The position numbers were made by a program, and so were the translations under genes. Under the pieces are notes generated by a model that was given only the letters and a program-made list of their open reading frames with translations, searched no databases and was not told the origin of the DNA. Positions 12,663 to 25,420 of a stretch of DNA of 64,000 nucleotides are shown one piece after another (position 1 is the first letter of the stretch; each line of letters starts with the position of its first letter). The stretch is taken from assembly GCF_964194025.1 (NCBI RefSeq), contig NC_134482.1:2046001-2110000 (forward strand). Direction: 5' to 3'. This stretch comes from Convolutriloba macropyga. Its lineage: Eukaryota.

Positions 12663-12959
12663 CTTAACACTTATATCCTTACAAATTCAATATTAATTCT
12701 AGGTGCTCTTACTTTATCTTTTGCACATGTTCAAGCTGTAAAGATTTAGTGAGTTTATGCTAACTTTTACCATTATTGGTACTCCGGTATTGGAGAATTA
12801 AGTCTTTTCTCTTTCTCTCTCTACAGAAGGGTTCTAATTGATTCTATTCCTCAAATTTTTTTCAAAACCTTATTCAGAAAAGAATAAATGCGAACAAAGA
12901 AAAATTGATGTGCAGAAAGCAACATTTTGTCCGATTATCTTTGCTTGCACCACTGCAGC

Positions 12960-15205
12960 GTGTGTGTGTTAATCGGGGTCCGCTCTCCCGATCCAGGTGT
13001 TCCAAAGATTAAGCGCTATATTTGGGTTTTTCGAGGTATCACTCCAGTCAGGTTGTTTTTGTCTGACGTCGTCTGGGACAGGGCAGTTTAGCATGATGTG
13101 TTCAAACGTTTCTGGCCCTTCTTCACATCCTCTGCACTGCTCTGTCTCGCATTTTCCCGTCTTTTGTCTCCAGTATCGTAGCTCCGGATGACGGCTAAAA
13201 CGCAGCCTACTGATTTTCAATTGTTGCGTTCGGCTCAGGTTGTCATCCATGCCCCTTCTTATAGGTGCCTCTTCCCTCAGATGCCTGTAGATGGTTATCT
13301 TAGCAGTGTCATGGGGGTTTCCGGCAGTCTGTTCCAACTTACTCCCCAGTTCTGCTAGTTTATCAGCTTTTTCGTTTCCGTCTATCCTCACATGACTTGG
13401 GTATAAGATCAGGAGCGGGGTTATCCTTCTACCGTTGTATTCATTGATGAGTGATATTACGTGTTCTTCCAGGTGGCTCTTGGGGAATTTTTTTGTGGAA
13501 GAGTTGTTCCATTCAATTAACCACAGTGAGCGAAACAGTTCTGACTCTGAGCTATTTCAGTGGGTATTTCTCTAAGCAGGTCTTTAGAGCTATGTTCAGG
13601 TCTACTAACTCGGCCTGAAACGCTGTACGCTGTTACTCCAAGTGGCTTTGAGTAAAAGATCTTGACGAGGGTTTGGCGCCTCCGGACATCTGTAGCTTTA
13701 CTCCGCCAGTTTTTCTTAGCGGTCCGCTGTTGTACTTGCTTTTCGGCTATGTCCCTTCTGGGGTTTGTACTTTTTAGCCGAAGCGATTTGTCGAATGCGA
13801 TTGCGCTTGTTGAGTGGCGGTACGTTGAATGGTACTGAGCTCTGCTTCGTTCAGTACTTCCTGGACAAAGGTTGTCTTCAGCTGCCCCGTGTTGGCTCGA
13901 GCTGCAAATCTATGGCTCTTTTCAGGCTCTTCAATGCTTGTTTTTGATATCCACGGTTGCCAGGCCAGTCCAGAGTACTGAATTACTGTTCTCCTTTTTG
14001 CGATGTAGGTGCCGTGCAGCGTGGACTTGTCGTAGCCCCAGTCAGGACCGCGAGGATGGTGAGAACTCTGCTTCGATTGATCACTTTCTTCCTAACAACC
14101 CTGATATGAGTTGAAGTTTATTTGACCGTCACATGTAACGCCCAGGAATTTCGGATTCTCTGTTTGTTTCACTCTCGTTCCCCCAATGCACAAGTTCAGT
14201 TCCTGTTTGCTTTCTTTAGTGTTGGTAAAAAAAGAAGCTGCTTTTACATTTCTCTTTCTTGATGCAGAGTTTTCCTTTGAGGCTACGTTGATTAACATGG
14301 TCAAGTGTTTGCTGCACTTTCTGGCTGGCAACTCCGATGTCTCCGTTTCGGGCATAGACAGCAATATCATCGGCGAAGAGGCTCTTGGGTGCGTCTTCTA
14401 ATCCTTTTTTGATGTCGTCTCTGTAGATCAAGAAAAAGATGGGGCTGATAACTGATCCTCGGGGAACTCCCTGTTTGAAAGTCTTTGTCTTACTTCGGCT
14501 GTTCCCGAACTGGACATAAACGAGGCGGTTGCCGACCAGTTTTTGATCCACCGCAACATCTGCCAACTGAAGCTTTTTTGGTCAATTCCCACAGCAGCGC
14601 ACCTCTCCATACGGTGTTGTATGCTATGCTGTCGTCAATCAACGGAAGAACCGTCCACTTTATGAGTTATTACTGGAAGCCATCACTAATCTGCTGTGAG
14701 AGTCATATCAGCTGGTCGTCTGCCAATCTCCAATCCCGAAAGCTTGCTTGATCTTCGCACTGTAGATTAGTGGTCTCTAGGTGATGCTTCATTCTTTCAC
14801 AGATCATTCGCTCCATGACTTGGCCAATAATCGACGTTAAATTAATGAGCCTACACGACTCTAGATTCCCTAAAGTCATGTTTTCTTTGGGATGGGTCGT
14901 ATATCCGCTGTTCGCCACACTTGGGGGGCTATACTTTCGTTTCACACTGTGTTGAAGAGGCCCAGCAGTGTTGTTTCTGCTACTGGTCCCAGTTCTTTAA
15001 TCATTTTCGGATGCATGTGGTTGGGCCCGGAAGCTTTGTTTGGCTTCAACTCTGACAATGCTGCTTCCATTTCTTTCATTTGACGCTTTTTAATTTGCCG
15101 TTTTTGTCTTCAGAAAATCATTTGTTGTTCATTTGGGCCATCTGTCCTCCTTCCGTAGCGTCAGGATGCTGACTAACTTGTATTAGCTGGTAAAGGCGTT
15201 TGCTT

Positions 15206-15236
<31 letters not shown>

Positions 15237-16152
15237 CTGTCTCACAGATACTTTCATTGTGTAGAGGGGTTTTTCCTTTGCTGCAAATCCGAGTGCCATT
15301 TTGGATGTTGCGCACCATGTTCCATATCTCTGTTGCGTTTTTTGTCTCCTCGACTTTCCTCCTTCAAATGTTCCGCCTATACACTGTCATGTCATCAGAG
15401 TTTTGATCCTTGTGTTTGCTTCTGTGACTCATTTGGCTTTTGGTCTCGGTCCGGCTTGAGACTGTCTCTATTCGCAATGGCTTCCTTGACTTCCTTTGTG
15501 AGCCAGATTCACTTAGTAGGGCCTACTTTCTTCAGTCCGATGTTTCTGTAGCCAGCATCGAGTATGGCGTCTATGAACAGTTTTTTCGCTTCTGTTAGGA
15601 TTGATGCCTATATCTGTTTAATCGCATATTCCATATCTTCTCCATATCCTCCGGGAATGACTTCCAGTCGGCATCCTTCCAATCACAAATGAAGCGGTCG
15701 TTAGTTTCCTGAGCTGCTGATCTGATGTGTACTGTGGTTACTCACTGCTTGTGATCAGAGTTATGGGAAATCAGTACCTAAAATTTGCTTCGCTCCCAGT
15801 TCCAGGGACGGCATATTGCGATGTCGGGCGCTGTGTTGGAGTCTGTTCGCGGATCTTCACTTGTAGGTTCTCCTGTATTCTTCACATACAGTCCGTGGGT
15901 AAACAGCTGATCGGCCAGGTTTTTTCCTCTTGCGTCTGCTTGTCGGTCCTCTTAGATCCCATAGCTCGTGGTGGGTGTATTAATGTCTTCTATCAGTATT
16001 CTGTTCAGGCGGGGTCCTAGTTGTATCTCGTCGCCAGTACCTGTCTGCTGTAGCAGGCTCAAGTTTGTTGGGTATTAGATACTACTGATGATGAGAGGGC
16101 CTTCCTGCGTTGCAATTTCCACTGAATTGTCTTCCAGTCGTGTTGTGATTGT
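12960..16152 (-). mobile_element. I/Ingi-group LINE (EN-RT-RNase H-Zn), decayed (copy 2, longer)
   Basis: Same RT, RNase H and zinc motifs as copy 1; extends 5' to a WKTIQW-NCN-like endonuclease start near 16110-16140. Confidence 0.85.
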
Positions 16153-16345
16153 GTGAGAGCTTTTGCTTTGCTGGAGCTGGCAAATCAGCTTCAAAAATGG
16201 CCAGACAACTGGCATCAAAGCTCAATGCAGGCAAACAGGAGCAAGGAGGACATATATGCTGAAATCATGTCACATCTAAAAACAGAAATCAGCTCTGTTC
16301 TCCTAAGCAGGTTCATCATCTGTATTAGTAGTAATAGTAGACTAG
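16153..16345 (+). pseudogene. Possible C-terminal remnant of a CRE/RLE-type non-LTR element
   Basis: SKEDIYAEIMSHLKTEISSVLLSRFIICISSNSR resembles the Y..xM.WxRxxxSFxLLRSxxxCIRGSR tail seen in such elements. Confidence 0.35.
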
Positions 16346-16559
16346 GATTTATAGTTTAATCAGTGTTTATTACCCATTCAGCTGTCAAAGTATGTTTGTC
16401 TCTGATGGATAATGTGGTTTCTAAATTTGCACAATGAGCCAGGTACATTTTTTTCCTCTGTTATATACTTAAGTTAAGAGAAATGAACCGTACATTATTG
16501 TAAAAAGAGGTAACTGAGGCTTACTATAAAACAAGTGTAAGCAATGTGTGAAAGCACAA

Positions 16560-17220
16560 ATTGTTTTCAATTAAGCTTAACTCAGAACAGGTTCCTATCA
16601 GCTTAGATCACGCCTTTCGCAAGCTAGTTAATATTTTCTTCTGTAGTCTCTCAAAAGTCCATCAAATAGAAAGCGCCGAATTCTATCCTTATTGTATGCT
16701 CAACAAAATAATGTTAACAGAACCTCAAATCAATAACCTGTTAAATCACCTAGAATTAAGTTAAGCCATTCGCCCAGACGGTCTAGGAAACTTGCCTCAA
16801 AGACATTTATCACTGTCTCTAACGAATTTTTTATCTTTAATCTTTCAAACGTTTACTAATAAAAGTATATATCCATCTCAGTGGAAGATGAGCAAGGTTG
16901 TCTTATTTTAAAAGATGGATAAGAAAATCAATTAAACAGATATCGTCCGATAAGTATATTAACATGCCTGTACAAAGTATATAAAAATATTCTCCTTAAT
17001 TATAACTTAGTAATAGTGGAAGAGCACCATCACCAATCGCAATTCGATCTTCGCAAAAAGAAGTCTTCTATTTTGAAGGTTATAGCTCATCTCCACAAAA
17101 TATACAAGCTCCTTAACCAACAAGCTATATTTGACCTATCGGTACTTTTTGTAGATTCGAAAAGGCTTTCGACTGTGTGCCCCCTAAACTGCTAAATAGA
17201 AAATTACACAGCAAAAGTTG
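16560..17220 (+). pseudogene. Decayed CR1/L2-type RT fragment
   Basis: RPDGLGN, YPSQWKMSKVV, YRPISILTCLYKV and VD-KAFDCVP motifs with stops. Confidence 0.8.
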
Positions 17221-17899
17221 GGACGTAAGATAGTCAGCTAAAATGAGACAATATGCTAGGAAAAAAATTTTGTGATAAACTTATTAAATAGTATAGTTTC
17301 ATATCAAATGCGCATTGGGCTGAAATCGACCCCGTTTAACCTGGCCCTCCCTGCCCGGAGTCTCGCCCTCCCGGCCCGAGGTGAAAGCTGATCTTCCATC
17401 TCGTTGGAGCCCGTTCGCTTAACCAAATCAAAGAATTAGAGAAGCAGAAGAAATTTTTCAAGAATGTCATTGCTATTTGCTATTTGCGGGCTGAGCGTGA
17501 ACCAAAACACTAAGAATTCAGAGAAGATTGTGCAAAATTTGGACCTGTCAGAGTCAAACGGTGTCGTACAGTGGCACGATCTAAAAAATAACTATATCTT
17601 CATACACTTCAGCAACAGTTTCATTGTCTATCCTACACAGCGGATCCAAAACTTGCTCACTTTCCAACCCCCAATCATTGCTGTATTCAAAATTCAACGA
17701 ACAGGAACTCATAACATCCTAAAAGGGCTAAAATAGTCAGAGCTCGATATCATCAACGTCGAGGAACAACTATCTATCAAAGAGGAGAATCGAGTGCCTA
17801 AAGTCTAGCTTCCAGTTGGCGCAAGCTTTGCTTAGTGCTAATGAAACGGACTTTGCTGGCGCGAGAGTTCTTAGTGCCTCGATATAACTTAATCTACTT

Positions 17900-20700
17900 G
17901 AGCAGCCTGTCTTCTCCCTTTGTCTACTCACCAATGCCCTAACACAAACATAGCACTAGATTGAACTCGTTACAGTCTCTCTGTGGATCATGCCAACTAG
18001 AATGCAAGGATGGAAAGCTCCGGTGGTTTCTTTCCGTTAATTGGATTCTGCACTGGCATCCCTGGTACTGCACTCACAATTATCTTCGATTCGAGTGGTC
18101 TCTTTTGGCTGTGCAAAAGTTGTGAACAAATTGGAAAGGAACGCCTAACCCAGGAGCAGCCATCATTTCTAAAAAAAAATGACATGTCCAAAGTAATCGA
18201 GCGAAAATTGGAGGATCGCAGGGACCAGAAGTCAAACTTATAGGGAACAGAATGCTGCTAATCGAGAAAAAAATAGCAAAAAAAAGTTGATAAATTTCTT
18301 TCGAAAATTTTCAAAGGATCTGACTAGTCACAGGTGGTGCAATGGAACATCTTAACTGTAAAGATTTACAATAAATCTTGACAGAGACAATGGAAGGAGA
18401 CAAAACAGAAAATGACTACAAAACGAAAAAAGGAAACTATTGTCATCATTCATCGCGCCGAGAATGAAAAGGAAACTGCGAAATAGAGAGCCGAACAAGA
18501 TCTTAGCTTCTTCAACATTTTGACTTCAGTAGTGCTAAAGCTCGGAGACCTTGGAGCATTGAAAGCGGAGGACAAAGTAACAATGACAACGGATGATGGA
18601 GTGATAATAAAAAAGGAGAACGAAGAAACAGTGGCAACGGAAGAGGCTCCACAAAGAGCAGAACTCTGAAAATCGTTCTTCTTATTAAAGAGAAAAGAAA
18701 CGTGCTTTTTCAAAATGTAAAAATAACTGAAGAACGCAACAGATCAATTTAAGTCGACTTCTCTAGCATATGACTTTTCACAACACGAGCGCAAAGAAAT
18801 GCGGCAGGCAATCAAAAACACCAGAGACAGATAGAGAAGATTCAAAAAACTTCATTTATCGGCTGAGAGGACCTCCAGGAAAAAAGGAGGTACTGAGAAT
18901 TAAGATACACCCGACGGTACCGAGAAAGTAGAACAAAGAAGCACCCGACGAGCAAGAGTCGAAAATCCAGCAAAGCTAAAAATTAAGTTCAGCAATACGG
19001 ATTTCATGACGAACAAGAAGGGGGAAATCAAAGCAAGACTAGATGCTTCAAAACCCTCAATTTTTAGTATTCAAGAAGCTGAACCGAAGAAAACTGCTAT
19101 CAGACTGGAAGCAGTAGACTTCTTTCAATGAGTACGAGTCTTACTGTTCACCGCTGCTGAACCAACAGAATGAATGAGAAACAATCATTTAAGTCATGAA
19201 AGGAGCCCGGGTTCAGGAGTAGACTTCTCAATACCAGGTCCTAATTCTGAGATGCCGTTTTTCTCGAAATAAACGCAGAAAAAACAAGGAAGTCGCCCTG
19301 GGGTCGGTTTACAGTCATTGGAAAGCATCAGAAGAGGAACACAAGGGTTTTGAAAAGGTCCTACAAGAAATCCACTTGGCTAACAATCACGTAGTGGCAA
19401 TCAGAGACTTTAAATTGCCAAAAATTGATTCGTCAACTCTCTCAAGACTGGACTAGATGACTGGACTAGATACTTGACAGAGGAGGAGCCATTGCTCGTA
19501 ATTATTGCAAATTTCAAAAAAATTTTTGACAAACTGCCTCACAAAAGACTCCTAGATAAGAGTGGTCATACGAAATTGGAGGAAAAGTCTTTAGATGGAT
19601 CAAATCCTTCCTAAGTGACCGGAAACAGCATGTCAGGGTAAACAAGCCATCAAAAGTTGAAACGCGATTTCAAAAATTACGCGCCGCAAGGTAGCGTCCT
19701 AGTACCAATCCTCTTCGCTATCTTCAAAAATTATCTACCAGATTGTGTTCGGTGCCCAGTCTAAATGTTTGAAGACGAAACAAAGATTTTCAATGAAGTC
19801 AGCTCCTTTGTGGACGGTGAGTTGCTCCATCAAGACCTGGTTGCCCTGAAGGATTGGAGCAAGAAGTGGTTTCCTCTTTTCCACCCGGAGAAAGCCAAAG
19901 TCCTACATCTAGGTAAAAGCAGAGTAGTTGGTAGGAAAAACTGTGCAGAGAACAAACGTCTAGAGACGATCGAAAAATACATTACAGTTGTGGAACTTGA
20001 AATTACGTTTGACAAAAAATTGGAATGTACATTGTCAAAAAGGTGAACATTGCAAACAAGTTCTTCAGCCTCATCAGGAGAACTTTCACCAGCTTAACTG
20101 TGAACAAATTGAGATACCTCTTTAGATCCTTGGTTATTCCTCCCCTCGAATACGCAACGCCGGTGTGGAATCCTCGAGGGGAAAAACTATTAAAATCATT
20201 GAAAATTTTCAAAGTAGAGCAACAAAAAAATTCCTGAACCGAAGGGACAGAGTTATTCAGAGAGAAAGAGAGACTCAGAGCACTCGACATGCCAACTCTT
20301 TTCTACCAACGAAAGAGAGGCGACGTGAGGATACGACCACAATATCTCAGCAGCACTTTTTCAAAGGGACACGAGCACTCGAACCAGATGACATTCGAAA
20401 AAAGTTTTTAATTCAAAAGAGCAACGGAAAACCGAGGAACAATTTTTTTACGGAAAGAATACTCATCACGTGGGATGAACTTCCTGAAGAAGTGATTGAA
20501 AGTGAAAATGTAAATTCTATCATAGTAATATTGGACAAATTCTGGAAAAACAAAACGTTTAAATTTGACCTAGAAAAATCTAATGTCCGGTAGGTGCATG
20601 TAGCAGAACAATTTGCTTGGAAAAGATGAGCTGTGAAAAGAAGACTTTCTGCTCACAGAAAAGAATTGACAAACTGGTGATGAACAGCAATAAGTCACAA
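17900..20700 (+). mobile_element. CR1-like LINE with PHD-type ORF1, internally deleted and decayed ORF2
   Basis: ORF1 CGSC...GLFWLCKSC (PHD-like); EN remnants 18970-19440; RT QGSVLVPILF..MFEDETK, LEYATPVWNP, NFFTERILITWDELP. Confidence 0.8.
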
Positions 20701-22156
20701 TCAATGACAAAAAAATGAAAATTAAGTTTTCCCTAATGGCCTTACCGAGAGCGCTATACTGGGTCCACTATTTCCTATCATTTACATAGAAGATCTCCCT
20801 GAAATTGTAAATGAACAACTGTAATACGGCTGAGCGGACGACAATAAAGTGATTTCTACAGATCAGACAGCAATGAGCAACCCTTGCTGAAATATTGCAT
20901 TGTGACGCTCTGTAAATTGCATTAGACTAAACAAAGGAAAAAGCACTCTAGAATAGCTCATTGATCAATGTGTTGAAAGCTTTTTTAGATCAATAAAACT
21001 GAATTTAGCTAAATGTTTTGATCTGAATAAATTTTTTCTTTAATTTGCTCAGTCAGTGAAGCTATGGCGTCAACAGCACTTAGTTTCCACCGAAAACAAT
21101 TTAGTCTCTCCAAATTATATTGTTTTGCTCAAAAACGTATAACTTTTTTAATACATATTTTTTTTTCAAAAGGTTTGCCAATGACTGGAGGAAGTGAGAT
21201 TGATCTATAATTTTTGGTTTCAGTACAATTGCCGCCTTTGAATAAAAGCTCAATTTTCAAGGGGACACGAGCACTCGAACCAGAGGACATTCGAAAAAGT
21301 TGTTAACTCAAAAGAGCAACGGAAAACCGAGGATCAATTTCTTTAGGGAAAGAATACTCATCACGAAGGATGAATTTCCTGAAGAAGTGATTGAAAGTGA
21401 AAATGTAAATTCTTTCATAGCAAAATTGGACAAATTCTGGAAAAACAAAACGTTTAAATTTGACCTAAAAAAATCAAAATCTAATGTCCGGTAGGTGCAT
21501 GTAGCAGAACAATTTGCTTGGAAAAGATGAGCTGTGAAAAGAAGACTTTCTGCTCACAGAAAAGAATTGACAAACTGGTGATGAACAGCAATAAGTCACA
21601 ATCAATGAAAAAAAATGAAAATTAAGTTTTCCCTAATGGCCTTACCGAGAGCGCTATACTGGGTCCACTATTTCTTATCATTTACATAGAAGATCTCCCT
21701 GAAATTGTAAATGAACAACTGTAATACGGCTGAGCGGACGACAATAAAGTGATTTCTACAGATCAGACAGCAATGAGCAACCCTTGCTCAAATATTGCAT
21801 TGTGACGCTCTGTAAATTGCATTAGACTAAACAAAGGAAAAAGCACTCTAGAATAGCTCATTGATCAATGTGTTGAAAGCTTTTTTAGATCAATAAAACT
21901 TAATTTAGCTAAATCTTTTGATCTGAATAAATTTTTTCTTTAATTTGCTCAGTCAGTGAAGCTATGGAGTCAACAGCACTTAGTTTCCACCGAAAACAAA
22001 TTAGTCTCTCCAAATTATATTGTTTTGCTCAAAAACGTATAATTTTTTTAATTCATATTTTTTTTCAAAAGGTTTGCCAATGACTGGAGGAAGTGAGATT
22101 GATATATAATTTTTGGGTTCAGTGCAATTGCCGCCATTGAATAAAAGCTCAATTTT
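20361..22156. repeat. Tandem duplication, ~896-bp unit (20361-21256 / 21257-22156)
   Basis: tcaa(a/g)gggacacgagcactcgaaccag at 20361 and 21257; unit combines the CR1 3' end, a plus-strand RT fragment (ILGPLF..ADDNK) and a minus-strand RT fragment. Confidence 0.93.
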
Positions 22157-23790
22157 GGATACTTTAAGGCACTTTGGAAGCATGCAAAAATTCAGACACT
22201 CATTTAATAATGCTTCAAAGAGTGGAGTAATTGCTCAAGATACTTTTTTGAGGATAAAATATTGTATGTGGCGGCAGTCTCAACTAAACTCCGACGGGAG
22301 CAATCGCAGTGCGTCAAAAATGTTCATACTGATTGTTGGAAAAAGAAACATGGTTTTCGTTTTAGTTTTCATTTTTTATATTTCTGCTTTGTATCGAATA
22401 TTTTTTTAATAAATATACTCCATTTTTTGCGGAAAAACTCTTACATATTTTAATGTTGCACCCGACGCTTTATTGAAGAACTCGAATAAAATTTTTTGTC
22501 ATTGACTATGACTTTCATGGTCTCATTTGGTACAACTGCTTTTGTTTTTGCCTAATTACTTTTGGAAAGGTTTGCATTTTAATTGTTTTGAAAAACACTA
22601 TTGTCCGGATTTTCGCGATAAAATCTTTGGAAAATTTTTATTTGCCACAATCTTTTTCAGGCGGCTCTCTCTCTCTCTCTAAGTGGTTTTGTGCTCTGAA
22701 TCTATTTGAATCAAATTTTGGTAAATTCTCATCTAGTGTATCAGTCAAATCTTTTTTAGGTTTTTCGAACGTCTGATAAGAGGACCATTAGTTACCGTCA
22801 TCGATAAATTCTTTTAAATTATTCCATCAAGATATTGTTAAGAAGATCGACAAGATTACAGTTCCTTTGTTCCGACCCGCTTTCATGTAAACACTTAGTG
22901 TCCAATGAATACGTTTTCAAGAGATCTTTTAAACGTTAGCGTTATTCTTTGTCAGTCTGAAAAAATGGAAATAGTGTGATCAGGAGATAAAGAGTTTGAA
23001 AAAGCTTGCAGCCCGTATTAATTTCGTACTCGAGGTTTTGCTTGTTGGTTTTATGTTTTCAACTAGCGAGAAGTATTTTCCAGAGTTGAATAATTCCGGC
23101 AGTTGGCAGTATTAAGCAAAAAAAATTTATTTTGAAGTCTCCACATGGTATATTCCTATCTTCAGGGTCAATTGGTAAGCTATTTAAAAAAGTTTCAAGA
23201 ATTTGAAAATTAACCATTCTNNNNNNNNNNNNNNNNNNNNNNNNNNNNNNNNNNNNNNNNNNNNNNNNNNNNNNNNNNNNNNNNNNNNNNNNNNNNNNNN
23301 NNNNNNNNNNNNNNNNNNNNNNNNNNNNNNNNNNNNNNNNNNNNNNNNNNNNNNNNNNNNNNNNNNNNNNNNNNNNNNNNNNNNNNNNNNNNNNNNNNNN
23401 NNNNNNNNNNNNNNNNNNNNCCATTTGTCTGTCTGGGTTTGTTGAGAATCAAGAAGTGAATCTAGTAACTTACTTAATTTTTTTACTGCAAGTGGGTTCA
23501 TTTCTTTTTGCTGTTGTTTTGCATATGAAGATGCCTCCAGTTTCCGGATAGGCACCACCCTACGTTTTTCCTTTTTCTTGTTTTTTTTCCACTACCCGTT
23601 CTTTTTCTCTTTTTCGTATATGGGTTTTGTGGTGGAAAGAAAAGGAGAATGTTTAATCGCGGAAATTGCAAAAAAACACTGCAATAACTGACTGATTTCT
23701 CTGATTTTTTGGTTTTTTTAGTTGCATTTTAAGGATGAGCAAAGAACGGACGGTGGGGATCGCAAGCAGTGAATAACTCAGCTTTAAAAT
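21860..23790 (-). mobile_element. Decayed L2/CR1-type LINE spanning the assembly gap
   Basis: PKCLKVSKIELLFNGG..PKNYISISLPPVIGKPFEK (RT N-terminal part) and CGDFKIN (EN); linking 23421-23790 as ORF1/5' region is tentative. Confidence 0.6.
23221..23420. other. Assembly gap (200 N)
   Basis: Run of N. Confidence 1.
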
Positions 23791-24004
23791 TTAGATAAAA
23801 AAGCAACAAGTTTTATTTTTTTTGTAATGCTTCGATCAGAAAGAACATTCTGTTCTTTCCCTTGAAAATGACCCCATTGAAAATCTCGTCTATTTTGATG
23901 AAAAATACAAGTTATAGCATAGGCAGTCAAGGCAAACGCAAAGAACTGAATCTGTTTTCCGTTTTATTTCTCAATATTTTTTTGGTTGCTGTTAAAAAGA
24001 AATT

Positions 24005-25420
24005 GTTTTTTCTTGGGTGGGGACGTAAAGTTTTCCGATGACCACATATTCGGTTTTTCGTTATTTTAGCATTCTTATATTGCTCTTACTTTGTCAAGAT
24101 CCACCAAGTTGTTATTTCCAATAAGTTTTAATTGATTTATACCGTTCTCAACTGACACTGACAATTGTGATTTGACACAGTCATGTCGTGTTTTTTTAAA
24201 TTTGTTGGCTATACTGGCTTTCACTTCTGGAAAGGGGTTTGTTGATATAGATGTTTTTTCTATTGACCGGATTATTTTTCTGCTTGATATGCAGAAACAT
24301 ATGTTGCCATCTTTTTGAACATATGTTGCTTTTCTCATCAATTTAGAAGAATTTGCATAAAATCGATGGCAATTGCATCGCATTCCTGGTACTGGGCACT
24401 TTTTGGCATTCTTTATGTTCTCAAATGGAAATTAAATTTTCAAAAAAAGTTCAGTGCTTCCGTTGTCACAACGTAACGATTTCTGTCATCGAATTAAGGG
24501 TCTACTATAACAAAGGAATCCTTTCTTGTTTAACGCTTTTTGAGCGCGCGTTCGGTCAATCAACTTTTTTTGTTACCTTTTCAAGACTATCAGTTTCCTC
24601 CGACTGTCTTTGAGAGAAAGTTACAATTTGTTTCCGACCTGGAAACAACTGTATTTGTTCTTCGTAAGGTTTTCATCAAAAAGAACATCCTCAATGAGTT
24701 CCCTGAAAATCTCTTACGTTGTAACGATAAAACAAACAATTTATAGCATAAGCAGTCTAGCAATTTTTCATTTAATATCGACAAGTTACTCTTTTTCTTG
24801 GGTGGGACAGGATGCTTTCACCTGATCGCTTAACCGGTTTTTCGATGTTACAGCTTCTTTAAATTGCTTTTAATTTGTCAAGATCCGCCAGCTCGCTATT
24901 TCTGACAGACTTCGGTTTTTTGTACTGTTCTCAATCAGCACTGACACCACAAAGTTGTGAGTTGAGACAATCGAGTCGCGTTCTTTAGTTTCGTTGGCTA
25001 TGCCTGCTTTAACCTCTGGAAATGTTGCGTTGAAGTAGATAATTTTTCGATTGATTGAAATGTTTTTCTTTTTGAGATGTCATCTTTTTGTATATAAGTT
25101 GTTGTTCTCGTTAAATTTATAGGAAGTTACATAATACCGATAGAAATTTCATCGCTTTCCCGTATTGATCAGTATGTGGCATGCCTTTATATTCGAAAAC
25201 GGAACTTTGAAAAATTTTCAATGCTTTCTTGGTCACATCGTTAAGTTCTCTCGCATCGAATATTTGGTGTTTTATATCAATGGAATCTTTTCTTATTTAA
25301 CGCTCTGAAGTGTGCAATCTGTTTTTGTTACCTTTTAAGGCTATCAACTTCTTCCAACTGTTTGAGTAAAAAGTTTCCAACTTTTTCCAACTCGGTAACT
25401 GTTGTATTTACTTTATCTTC
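24005..25420. repeat. Old diverged tandem duplication, ~0.78-kb period
   Basis: Colinear anchors tcttgggtggg (24011/24797), ttgtcaagatcc (24091/~24875), ttgttacctttt (~24570/~25325). Confidence 0.8.

Larger units (their letters stand above)
4213..15404. repeat. Tandem segmental duplication, ~5.6-kb unit (4213-9808 / 9812-15404)
   Basis: ORF pairs offset by 5599-5602 bp with near-identical translations; junction agagtttt-aac-tgacgtcatc. Confidence 0.97.

Noticed and set aside
23059-23558. ORFs containing X runs (also 58908-59117)
   Set aside because: Artefacts of N gaps
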